NCBI RefSeq assembly: GCF_001194135.2
Contig: NC_068985.1
Coordinates: 108,856,072-108,892,655 of the forward strand
Length of the DNA stretch: 36,584 nt
Direction of reading: 5' to 3'
Origin: Octopus bimaculoides
Taxonomy: Eukaryota
This document shows, in pieces, positions 1-11,469 of the stretch. The notes below the pieces were generated by a model. That model saw only the letters and a program-made list of their open reading frames with translations, was not told the DNA's origin and ran no database searches. The position numbers and the translations under genes were made by a program. The stretch's first letter is position 1. Each line of letters begins with the position of its first letter.

Positions 1-52
<52 letters not shown>

Positions 53-225
53 TGTATGTATGTATATCTATTTATATGCATATATGCTTGTACGTGTGTT
101 TATATTCTGAAGTGTGTATGTGTGTATGTGTATGTGTATGTATGTATGTATATATGTATGTATGTATAACTGTATGTATGTGTGTATGTACGTATGTACG
201 TATGCATGCATTTATGTCTATATAA
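1..225. repeat. (TG)n/(TATG)n compound microsatellite
   Basis: Seen directly. Confidence 0.95.
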
Positions 226-361
226 GCATACGTTCTACATCTAAGATATTTAAATTTGTGACCATAAAAATATGATGGGTAATATTGCAAAAAGAGAGAA
301 AGCATACAAAGAAGAAACAAAAAAAAAAGGAATCAGTATTAATAAATAACTATGCTTGTAA

Positions 362-495
362 AATCGGCAGCACGCCGGATCAAATGCTTAGAAGCATTTC
401 GTCTGTTTTTAAGTTCTGATTTCATATTCCATCAAGATCGAGTTTGCCACCCGCCCAATCCCCGAAATTGCTGGCCTTGTGCCAAAATTTAAAAC
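362..495 (+). mobile_element. SINE family B, internally deleted copy
   Basis: aatcggcagcacgccggatcaaatgcttagaagcatttcgtctgt...cgaaattgctggccttgtgccaaaattt. Confidence 0.6.
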
Positions 496-1040
496 CAATA
501 TTGGTAAGTAACATAGAGAAATATTGCCAGAAAACTAAATGGCGTGGTTGAAATGTAAATAGGTATTTGAATAGGGAAGAAAGAATGGAGACACCAGGCC
601 AGGTGGATAGACAGGTAGAATGATGAAAATATTTTATGGTTCGATGTGGTTGAATGGAAGACTCCGTAGAGCTTGCATTTGCATCAAAGTTAAATTTACT
701 TTCGATTCTTCTGGGAAAAATACTTTGTAATGGGTCAATTTTATCGACTCTGCAATCCCCACCATCGACATTAAAATGCTTGGTCTTGTTCCAGTGTTAA
801 ATATCGATATTTTGGAAGTTTTACTATGCCAAAATCATTTGATCTGACATGAGTATAGAATCACTATTACTGTCAGAATGAAATTAATTTACATTCGCCA
901 TTACTCAGTCTATATGATAAATATCTTTAATATAATTTTTACACAATGTAAAGATGAAGACGTGCAATCACGGTAACATTTTCACTAGTGCCAAGTCTAA
1001 TGAGGTAGAAGTGATTGATGTTTAACCTGAACCTATATAG

Positions 1041-2338
1041 GTTGGTGCTCTAGGGATATATCTAATGAAGGTGCGTTTCCTCCGTTCAAACGAGAAAGAA
1101 TTATGCAAAGTGTTTTGTAAAAATTTGAATCATATGAGACGAAGTAGGGACGATGAAGCAGGCAAGGTAACTGAATCATTTGAACGTGGGCAGCGATTGA
1201 AAATAATATTTTAATTCGAAAGGAAGACGCTGCAGTAGCAGGACAAGAATAAAATAGATTTTAAGTTAGCGTTTGGAACACGTAAGCAAGTGAAATATCT
1301 CATAGATCTCAAGAAGAAGCATATTCTAAAGGACAGTACTTGGAATAACTGTGTGGCTGAGAAGCTCAGTTTACATAATGGTTTCTGGTGCCGTCTCATT
1401 GCCTGGCATCTTGGGTAATAGGCCGTCTTTACATATATATATATATATATATGGTTTCTGGTGCAGTCTTAATGCTCGGCATTTTGGGTGAAAAGCCGTC
1501 TAATATATGTATATATATGTATGTGTGTGTGTTTGTATGTCTGTGTTTGCCCCCCGAAAACATCGCTTGACAACCGATGCTGGTGTATTTACGTCCCCGT
1601 AACTTAGCGGCTCAGCGAAAGAGAACGATAGAATAATTACTAGGCTTATAAAGAATAAGTCCTGGGGTCGATTTGCTCGACTAAAAGAAGTGAAAGCGAA
1701 AGAGAGAAAGTGAGAGAGACAGTAGATCCAAAGAAAAGCTCTAGATACATACACACAGCAAATATTGAATGTCACTTTCACTTTTCATTGAACAGGTCGC
1801 GGTCTTAAAGCGACGAAAATATTTAGGTAAATTAAATTTGAACATTGAAGTGAATCTAACGGTTTTTGTGTGTTTCTTAAATGGCTTATAAACACCTTCC
1901 ACGCTGCAATTGTTTTATATAATTATCGGTTTCACTCTTCTTTCTATATTCTGTATCTGTACCAATATAGAAACATTTCTCATGTCACCAGCACACACTT
2001 TGCAGATGCTTACATTTTAATATGTTCCGTGAATTTTTCAGGGGTCCAGTTGATAATGATTATTAGTATTCAAATGAGGAAAGAATTAAAATCAACAAAA
2101 CGGTATTTTCCATAAAAGCACAACACTTTATATTAAATGTCAGGTAATGATATACATTCTATATATAGACATATGTAATAATGATTTTATATTTCGTTCA
2201 CTTCCTCAGGCATCTTGCTCTGAAAGCACAATTAATCTACAGTGTAAGACTGTGATGCATATATTTGTATCACGTTTCTACTAACACACACGAATTTTAA
2301 TATAATTATATCCTCCGCAGACTTATTCCATAAGATAG
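1041..2338 (+). other. Candidate micro-exon chain of an unidentified transcript: 1041-1070, 1796-1826, 2042-2102, 2210-2243, 2321-(2338 stop)
   Basis: Each unit has a YAG acceptor (most with pyrimidine tracts) and the first four have GT donors; the spliced product is stop-free for 57 codons. No homology recognised. Confidence 0.35.
1345..1700 (+). mobile_element. SINE family A, rearranged copy
   Basis: ctgtgtggctgagaagc head remnant; cgcttgacaaccgatgctggtgtatttacgtccccgtaacttagcgg...gaataagtcctggggtcgatttgctcgactaaa. Confidence 0.8.
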
Positions 2339-2420
2339 TTGTTTATTTCAAATCACCATGTGCGCGGAAGTGAAATACCTGAGTGTTATTTCGTTATTAC
2401 ACATTTCTATGTATGGAATG

Positions 2421-2460
<40 letters not shown>

Positions 2461-2813
2461 NNNNNNNNNNNNNNNNNNNNNNNNNNNNNNNNNNNNNNNN
2501 NNNNNNNNNNNNNNNNNNNNNNNNNNNNNNNNNNNNNNNNNNNNNNNNNNNNNNNNNNNNNNNNNNNNNNNNNNNNNNNNNNNNNNNNNNNNNNNNNNNN
2601 NNNNNNNNNNNNNNNNNNNNNNNNNNNNGAGCAAAATCATCTCACAGCACCATTTGCCCGATGCTTCCCCGAAGAATCGTTCCTAATCCCGAAACTCTTA
2701 AATACAAGGGAAAAGTGCAAACCATCGACTTATATTAATACTTACAACATGCAGTGTTTGGGCTTAAAACTATATTTAAAACGTGTGCGTGCACATGTGC
2801 GTGTGTTTGTGTT

Positions 2814-2863
<50 letters not shown>

Positions 2864-3644
2864 GCATACGTAGATATGTGTGTGTTTAAATCAAGATGGA
2901 TGCGATTTGTGCTCTCAGGGGAACCACCGACTCAGGTTATTTCATTGTTAAAAGCGCTCAAATCACGCTGAGACAAATTGTTGTTATATACGAGCAGAGG
3001 CCAATGATATGTCAATATATTCAGACAACTACATCACCTCAATTACCATAAACTACTGGCCTTCTGCCTAGTGAAAATCATTAGACATACACTTTTCTCT
3101 GAGTTGCCGATTGTTTCAGAAAATTTCCATTTCAATTACTTTACAATGATTAATTATTCTGTCATTTCTTCACTGTCTGTGTCTTATTAGATTTTGATTT
3201 TCTTCCAGAGAATATTCTAGTCATCTTCGCTGTCTTTACCTTTCTCTCTTGTTGATAATATTACTAATGTCACCCTCGTTGTTGTTGTTGTTGTTGTTAT
3301 TGTTGTTGTAGCTGTGATACTTGCTGTGATTGTTGCTCACAATGTTTTGTTTTTCTGTTAAAGTTTAGTTTATGTCGTCTGTGTACATGTCGTGAACCAT
3401 GAAACTGGCGCTGTCATCGTGATTGATGCTGTTAAGTTGTTGTAACTGCTACAAAATGGTTTCTTTCGTGGTGGCTGTTGTTACTGTAGTGAAGCTGCCA
3501 CTTTTATAACAACTCTTCCTAACACAGATGACATTGTACAAAGGTTTTTTTTTTTACTTGTGTTCGAGTACCACATTGCATACCTACATGCATGCGTACA
3601 TTATATATGTACGCATGCATGGTCATTATATATGTACGCTAGCT

Positions 3645-5757
3645 ATGGTCATTCTGGAAGCGCGCCTGTCATGAGGCTGTCAGCTTGACGGCGAAAAATT
3701 TTCGAATGGCAAAATATCTTTCCCGAATACGAACCTGGAAGGTCACTTAAACGGGATTTGTCCCAAATTAATCCCTCAAAGTTCACCACCACAAGGACCA
3801 CAAAAACAAAAATGTAAAAGAACTAAATGGAACCGGGAAGAATATAAAGAAGTAATTTACGCTCATTACTTTGCATTAAGTAGGCAAACCCAAGAGAAAC
3901 ACACCTCAAACTCCTACAGAATTTGGAGGAGCCGGAATCCAGCTAGCAGACCAAACCTGGATGAAAACAGATTAGCAAATGTTAGAAGAGATATCTTCAG
4001 AAATACCAGACTCACAGATGCAGAATTAACCTCTATTAACAAAATGGTAGAGAATGACCTAAATATAAGTCAGGAAAGAAATAACGAAGCAGAGGAGAGA
4101 AATGTTGGACCACAAGCATTGCCGGAAAGGCGACCATCTTCCGAAACCATTCAAGGGCCTGAAGAAAAAGGAAAATATAACGACACTAGAAAAAACAGCC
4201 AGCAAAATGATGTCGAAACCAAATTTGAAGATCACATATTTGCTGAACAACACAGAAAATATATCATTGAAATGAAGCAGGGAGTTCTGAATGAGCTTGC
4301 AGTTGTAGGGCATACAAATTTGAATGAAAGGAAACCACTCTATAAAGTCTCAAATGCACACCAACATAAAACAAATAAAAATTGGCAACTGCATTACACA
4401 AGAAATCATACAGCAACTAAAACCCGATCTTAATAAGTTAAATGAAATTATTGACTCTGTTGCTAAGGTAATCGAAAGACGCTGTTTGACACCCAAAAAG
4501 CCAACAATACCAAATTCGAAAAGAAAATCAAACTGGTGGAGTAGAATTGAAATTAAGATTGAATCATTGCGAAGGGAGATAGCAATATTAATTGTGCTAG
4601 TCTCTAGAAATGGTGTAATATGAAGAAAAGGCAAGAAAATTGTGAGAAAATATGGATTCTTAGCAAGAGAAGAACTAATGTCAACGAATAAAACACTTAA
4701 ATAAAAAGTTCAAGCAAAAGCTCAGAGAATACACATATTTTAGAAAAGAATCAGATTCTACAGGCAGAATAAGATGTTCAAATCCAATGCCAAATCATTT
4801 TACAGGGAAATAGGGAAAGGAAAGATAAGCATTGAAAATCCACCCCTAATGGAATAAGTTGAAAACTTTTGGAAAGGGATCTGGAGTGATGAGAAACCAT
4901 ACAATGAAACTGCAGACTGAATCAAACGCACCCAAGATGCCTACAAAAAATCTACAAGAACCGGTATGGGAAGACATCTCAATCGCCGACTTAAGGAGGA
5001 CACTAACAAAGGTTCATAAGTGGAAATCCCCTGGTGTTGATAGAGTACCAAATTTCTGGCTCTCAATCACTGTCGTCCGCACACAAAATGTTAGTAATAC
5101 TATTTAATAGTATTATGAAAGACCCAGAAAATACTCCCCATTGGATGGCAAATGGTATTACTTACCTCCTCCCGAAAAATAACGAAACCAAAGACCANNN
5201 NNNNNNNNNNNNNNNNNNNNNNNNNNNNNNNNNNNNNNNNNNNNNNNNNNNNNNNNNNNNNNNNNNNNNNNNNNNNNNNNNNNNNNNNNNNNNNNNNNNN
5301 NNNNNNNNNNNNNNNNNNNNNNNNNNCCCGCCTATAACATGTTTGTCTACTACCTATATGATTTTGACATCTATTCTAGTGGAGAAATCATATACGCTTA
5401 CGGAAGAGAATAACCTCTTTCCCACGGAACAAAAAGGATGTAGACGAGGCTCATACGGATGCAAAAATCAGCTCCTAATTAATCGCATGATCCTTGAGAA
5501 CTGCCATAACAAGCACAGAAATCTCAGCTGTTCATAGATTGATTATAAAAAAGCCTTTGCCAGCATACCACATTCGTGGATTCTGAAATCGCTGGACATT
5601 TTCAAAATTTCTTCTGTGATTTCAGATTTTTTAAAGTATAATATGTCACTATGGAACACGAAGCTGCAATTATATCATTATAATGGAGTATTGCTCTCAA
5701 ACAGTATTAGCATAAACTGTGGCATTTTCCAAGGTGACTCACTTTCACCACTAATTT
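3645..5757 (+). mobile_element. Degenerate non-LTR retrotransposon, R4/Dong clade: N-terminal region plus 5' half of reverse transcriptase, 3'-truncated
   Basis: Frameshifted or stopped translation: KWNREEYKEVIYAHYFAL...YRIWRSRNP...RLANVRRDI (R4-type N-terminus); RFYRQNKMFKSNAKSFYREI...VENFWKGIW; KWKSPGVDRVPNFWL; GITYLLPK..TKD..PITCLSTTYMILTSIL; QKGCRRGSYGCKNQLLIN; IDYKKAFASIPHSWI; GIFQGDSLSPL. Breaks off before the YxDD motif, where a SINE fragment begins. Confidence 0.9.
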
Positions 5758-6027
5758 CCCGGCGTGCTAACGATTTTGCTAGAGTTCCACCTTCTTAACG
5801 CAACAACAATAATAATAATAGTTTTAAATTTTGCCACAAGTGCAACAATTATGTGCGAGGGGATGAAACGATTACGCTGACCCCAGTGTTTCACTGGTGC
5901 CGATTTTATCAACTCCGAAAGGATGAAAGGGAATGTCAAACTTGGCGGATATTAATTCAGAACATGAACAGCGGAAATGCCGCCAAACATTGTGCCAGCA
6001 TGCTAACGACTCTCCCAGCTCCCCACC
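5756..6027 (-). mobile_element. SINE family B head fragment (5756-5792) plus a diverged copy (5832-6027)
   Basis: cccggcgtgctaacgattttgc and ccgaaaggatgaaaggg...ggcggatattaattcagaac...gcatgctaacgactctcccagctccccacc. Confidence 0.7.
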
Positions 6028-6187
6028 TTATTAATGATAACAACAACAACAACAACAACAACAATGATGATGATGATGATGATAAAGATGATGATTTCAA
6101 GGAAATATTAAAGTTACTTCCGCTCCCGTCAATCGTAGTAACGCAACGATTAGAACATATGAGAAACGATTTGAGTCTGTGCTGATG

Positions 6188-6232
<45 letters not shown>

Positions 6233-6502
6233 AGATGTTTATATCACAGAATTCTACTATACAATCATTTTATGAATTAACGATAACAAGATAGATATAT
6301 TTAAAGCTAAGATTCATTTGTCATCCGACTCTCACATCTAACTGAACACACTTTAACACACCATTCTCGTTATGGCATTTTAAATAATTATTTTCACTTC
6401 CTTGTACATTTGTGTACACTATTCAATGTATGCGTGGGAAATTTCAATGTTTGAATATGAGTAACTTTCTTTATTTTTCTTCCTTTTTCTCTCTCATCGT
6501 CT

Positions 6503-6526
6503 ACATATATATACATATATATATAT

Positions 6527-6563
<37 letters not shown>

Positions 6564-6635
6564 CAAACATATACCTGTGTTCTTGTGGGTGTGAATGTAT
6601 GTATGTATGTATGTATGTATGTATCTATGTATGTA

Positions 6636-6704
<69 letters not shown>

Positions 6705-6837
6705 TTATCTATATTCCTTTTTGTTTGTCTATCCATCTATTTATCTATATCTATCGATCAAAATAAATACAATATATATAAGAATGAATATATATAGATA
6801 TGTATATATATGCAATATGTGTGTGTGCATATGAGTG

Positions 6838-6918
<81 letters not shown>

Positions 6919-7010
6919 AACACACACAAACACATACAAACGAGCGCACACAAACATACACACACATGCACGCGCGCAGAGCACAACAAACACACACATA
7001 CACACTCTCA
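6503..7010. repeat. Compound microsatellite block (TA, GATA, TATG, TC, TATC, CA)
   Basis: Seen directly. Confidence 0.95.
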
Positions 7011-7109
7011 CAAGGAGTATACTAATAATAATAGGGATGCTATTAGTAATAATTGTAGTGGTAGAAGAAGAAGAAGAAGAATGCTTATACTGAACATTCT
7101 TCTAATAAT

Positions 7110-7281
7110 ATTTTAAAATGTGACAGTTGAAATGAAACGGTATGTCCACTGGAAGTACGTATAAACATTCTACAGTTACATGGGGATTAACACATACTTT
7201 AAGAAATTATTATCTCTTATATTTAATTGTTTATGTTACGATTTTATTTACTCCATGTACCCAGACCTTGTGGACACCCTG
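7110..7281. mobile_element. Solo terminus of a Tc1/mariner-like element
   Basis: ...catgtacccagaccttgtggacaccctg|TA, i.e. TA|CAGGGTGTCCAC on the minus strand, a typical Tc1/mariner TIR start. No partner end seen; left boundary approximate. Confidence 0.55.
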
Positions 7282-8667
7282 TATATAAATCCACTGCCTG
7301 GACTGAAGCAAATAAATGAACTCATACATACATACATACATACATACATACATACACAGAAACAAACACATACATTCAATCACACATACAACCATATTTA
7401 GAGACATATAAATGAATGTACATATATACAATACATAGGTATATACACATGCGCAAACACACGTATTTATGTATGAATGTATGTATATATGTATATATAA
7501 AAAATATACATGTATATTCGTATATGAATATATGTATNNNNNNNNNNNNNNNNNNNNNNNNNNNNNNNNNNNNNNNNNNNNNNNNNNNNNNNNNNNNNNN
7601 NNNNNNNNNNNNNNNNNNNNNNNNNNNNNNNNNNNNNNNNNNNNNNNNNNNNNNNNNNNNNNNNNNNNNNNNNNNNNNNNNNNNNNNNNNNNNNNNNNNN
7701 NNNNNNNNNNNNNNNNNNNNNNNNNNNNNNNNNNNNNNNNNNNNNNNTATATATATATATATATATGTATGTATATATATACATATATATGTGTGAGCGT
7801 TTGTGTGTGTGTATGTTCGTGTATATTTTCGATTGTACAAGATGTGTGTGGCTGTGTCTCTATAAGTGTTTTTTTTTTTGTCCCAGCTATGTACAATTAT
7901 ACATATATCAATCTTTATTCCAAAAAATACCATCATAGTTTATAATATATGAGTTTAACAATATCTGGTAGGAGAAGCCCACATGTATGTATATGGTCAT
8001 CCAGAATATATAATAAATCATTCTGTACTGCAGATATGTCTATTAGCGAATCAAAACGTTATATAACGGGTCATAAAACTAAGAAATTAATCAACCATAC
8101 AGTATAATTGCTATCTATGTGCAGAAATAACTGTGCTGGTTTATAACGAGAAGAGAAAATAGATCGTTAATAATCATAGGGCTGCGATTTCTATATTGTT
8201 GTTTCTAATTTAGTTATGACATAGTTTGCACCCTGCGTTCTATGGAAGACAGATTGTTTATATGCCTGTTATAAATCATTTGTTAAGTTTAAATATATAA
8301 TGTTATTCAGATGTAAGAAATTTATATCTTCTCTAAACCTTATCGCCGTATATATTACAAATATTGTCAAATATTTGCGAGAGGGTGTTTAAATATTATA
8401 CTTCCATTTAACCAACCCATCAACTCTATATATATACCATTATCAAATATAGTTTCTTTCCCTTAAGTTCAAAAAACACTGTATCGGAATTAAGTATAAA
8501 TCTTACTGCAATTGTAGTTTGGAAGGCAAAAATAATGCTGTCACTCGGATCAACTGTGTGCTTACGATTTGTGGAACCATAGAACCTTATATTTATACAC
8601 CTCCGCACAAACGTATACATGTGTATATTTCTATGTACATATACATACCTGACATATATATATATAT

Positions 8668-8885
8668 ACTCTTTTACTCTTTTATTTGTTTCAGTCATTT
8701 GACTGCGGCCATGCTGGAGCACCGCTTTTAGTCGAGCAAATCGATCCCAGGAATTATTCTTTGGAAGCCTAGTACTTATTCTATCGGATCTCTTTTTCCG
8801 AACCACTAGGTTACGGGGACGTAAACACACCAGCATCGGTTGTCAAGCGATGCTGGGGGGACAAACACAGACACACAAACATATA
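8668..8885 (-). mobile_element. SINE family A, 3' half
   Basis: ttcagtcatttgactgcggccatgctggagcaccgc...caccagcatcggttgtcaagcgatg, the reverse complement of segments at 1545-1690 and 35985-36085. Confidence 0.85.
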
Positions 8886-8904
8886 CACACACATACATAT
8901 ACAT

Positions 8905-8939
<35 letters not shown>

Positions 8940-9083
8940 NNNNNNNNNNNNNNNNNNNNNNNNNNNNNNNNNNNNNNNNNNNNNNNNNNNNNNNNNNNNN
9001 NNNNNNNNNNNNNNNNNNNNNNNNNNNNNNNNNNNNNNNNNNNNNNNNNNNNNNNNNNNNNNNNNNNNNNNNNNTATATATAT

Positions 9084-9960
9084 TGTTACGAACGCCCGCA
9101 CGCGAAGCACCTCAACGAAGAGAAAACTCGCGCGCGCGAACGTCAACGCTCAGTGAGTCGGGATGTTCGCCACGACTAAGCCAAGCCGGAGCACGTAAGG
9201 ATGAACACAGGCAAAAGTAGGGAGAAATAACACGGAGACCATACGTTGCGTAGTGGAACTAAGTTTTTTTCTTTTAAAACATGTAACAATACATCATCAA
9301 TACAAAACATAGCATTGCGTAACAATAATTCATTAACATATAACAATAGTGCATGCAACATAATCAAAAGTTTACAATCAAGAGTTCATATATCAAGTCG
9401 AATTAAAAGTTCTTTCACTTCGTTGTTTTTCTTTTCTTTTCAGTTAACAACATGTCCCATCAAAGTTCTTTTCTTTTTCTTTTCCACCCGTTAACATCAC
9501 AGTTAACGAAAGTTAACGAAGTTCTTTTCTTCTTTTAAAACATGTAACGACGAAGTACATTTTAAAGAATATTTAAACAAACCTTCACCGCACGAATTTC
9601 CTTACTTTCAAAACTCCTACTACAATCCAAGAAGTGACCAACTGACTACTACAAGCTCTTGGCTGCCACAACAGTTCCATCTCTCTGTCCCTCTCTCTCA
9701 TTGCTTCAGTCCCTATCAGTTGACTGGTACTTTCTCAGCCTCTGTCTGTCAGACTCTCTGTTCATCTTGGCTGACTGTTAGCCTTCACATCAACGGCTGT
9801 ACATCTTCACTGGCTGACGTTCTTCATCCAACTCCCTGGCCAACTGCTCTGGCCAACCGCCTCGGGCCAACTCCTCTCGCCAACTGCTTGATGCCAACTC
9901 CTTCCTGTCGTATTTATCACAAATACCGCAGCTCAACAGTGCTACTTTACCCCCCTCCAA
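9084..9960 (-). mobile_element. Probable 3' LTR (9084 or 9543 to 9946) and polypurine tract (9947-9958) of the Gypsy element
   Basis: Minus strand reads GGAGGGGGGTAA|aGTAGCAC (PPT followed by a TGTA-like start with one mismatch). The plus-strand left terminus is TGTTAC at 9084, next to a (TA)n run, or TGTAAC at 9543. Orientation matches the protease fragment. Confidence 0.55.
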
Positions 9961-10086
9961 AGCTGGGTCAGTTTAGTACAGTTCCTTAGCTTGTTTTTCT
10001 GAACTTTCGATGACCGGAAAGGGTCAGCGATCACTCCTACGGTAAAAATTACTGTACTTTTTTACAGGACAAAGGANNNNNNNNNN

Positions 10087-10900
10087 TCTCCGGTTGACAC
10101 ACATCCAGTCACCGTCGTACGTTTGCACTTTTTACTGTGCACTTCTTCTCCTGCACAATGCAACTGACTCTGCCGCTGGTCCACTGCCTGGCACAGTCCC
10201 ACGATTTGTCCCCTACAAATCCTCTGCGCCACTGTCGAACAATTGGCTGCTACTACCAGCATTTCATCAGCACCTGCTTCCACCAGGGTTCGTCTGACTC
10301 TCACTCTAGCTTTCAACTTGCCTCGCCTGTCGGGCTCCAACAGCCCCAGACAGCCATCAATCGGGTTGCTCACACGACACTGGAGTAGCTTTTCCGACCT
10401 CGGTGGTATTACCGTCGTCCGTAGCGCTTTTACCTCGCTACCGGGCGTGGTCCGTCTTACCACCTTAACAGGGACCGATCTTCCCTGCACCGAAAGCCTC
10501 ATTAACCGCAAGTCCAGCTGACAAGCCATAGACGTTAAATAGTCCAGTCCCAAAATGCATAGATCCTCCATCTCAACCAAATAAACAGGAAGTACAACTT
10601 CCAATCCGGCAACATCAATCCGGACATTAACTGGCCCTCTCAGCTCAGTGCAATGTCCGGTAACTCCACACAACTGCTGCGATGCCTCTGCCAGGTCTAG
10701 GTCCTGCAACACATCGGACCTCACAAAAGTTTGTCCCGAGGCCGAATCAATCACCAGAGAACACGTCCGGCCGTTAACTTTTTCGCTCACTCGTAGGCTG
10801 TCTATCGCAGTCCTTACATGCCATCTCGAGTGTAGGGCTCCTTTGGAATGTCTGGCTGGTGGTTGCCCCTTAACACCAGCTCTCTGCGATGTCTTTAGCG
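10087..10900 (-). mobile_element. Ty3/Gypsy LTR-retrotransposon internal fragment: aspartic protease and downstream spacer
   Basis: ORF 10062-10979(-): SLRVSEKVNGRTCSLVIDSASGQTFVRSDV...GPVNVRIDVAG...ILGLDYL...CQLDL...TVIPPRSEKLLQCRV, a retropepsin fold with the D-[ST]-G-A site altered to DSAS. The first ~30 aa of the ORF are (CA)n microsatellite. Confidence 0.85.
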
Positions 10901-11194
10901 TGTGCTTGTGTTTGTGTGTGTGTGTGTGTATTCTTATTATGTGCGTTAGTGTTTTTGTGTGTGTGTAGCATTTTTCCAATGGTCACTTCTCTTTGTTAAT
11001 CGGCCTCTTGAAATTCCGACTAACAGTAAAATGTGTGGACTATTTAACCTTCTATTATATATACATATAAACATACGCGCTTGTACAGGCACACAGACAC
11101 AGACACACACACACATACACACATACACACATACACATACGCACACAAACAAACAAACACACATTTATATATATATATATATATATACATATAT

Positions 11195-11469
11195 GTTGTT
11201 GGCACACCGTCGCTTACGACGTCGAGGTTTCCAGTTGATCCGATCAACGGAACAGCCTGTTCGTGAAATTAACGTGCAAGTGACTGAGCACTCCACAGAC
11301 ACGTGTACCCTTAACGTAGTTCTCGGGGATATTCAGCGTGACACAGAGTGTGACAAGGCTGGCCCTTTGAATTACAGGTACAACTGAAACAAGAAGTAAG
11401 AGTGAGAGAAAGTTGTGGTGAAAGAGTACAGTAGGGTTCGCCACCATCCCCTGCTGGAGCCTCGTGGAG
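11195..11469. mobile_element. Abundant octopus interspersed repeat (probably a SINE body; head lost in the gap)
   Basis: ttggcacaccgtcgcttacgacgtcgagg...ggagcctcgtggag, recalled as a common octopus repeat; GC-richer block starting at a (TA)n run. No second copy in the window. Confidence 0.5.

Noticed and set aside
4-320. ORFs rich in CV/YI/HT dipeptides here and at 6585-7116, 8811-9220, 10946-11387, 12595-12981, 19019-19409, 25495-25891 and 35457-36236
   Set aside because: Translations of (TG)n, (TA)n, (CA)n and (GA)n microsatellites; no coding signal.
3240-3500. Thr-rich, mucin-like reading on the minus strand
   Set aside because: Decayed (GTT/ACA)n repeat with several in-frame stops.
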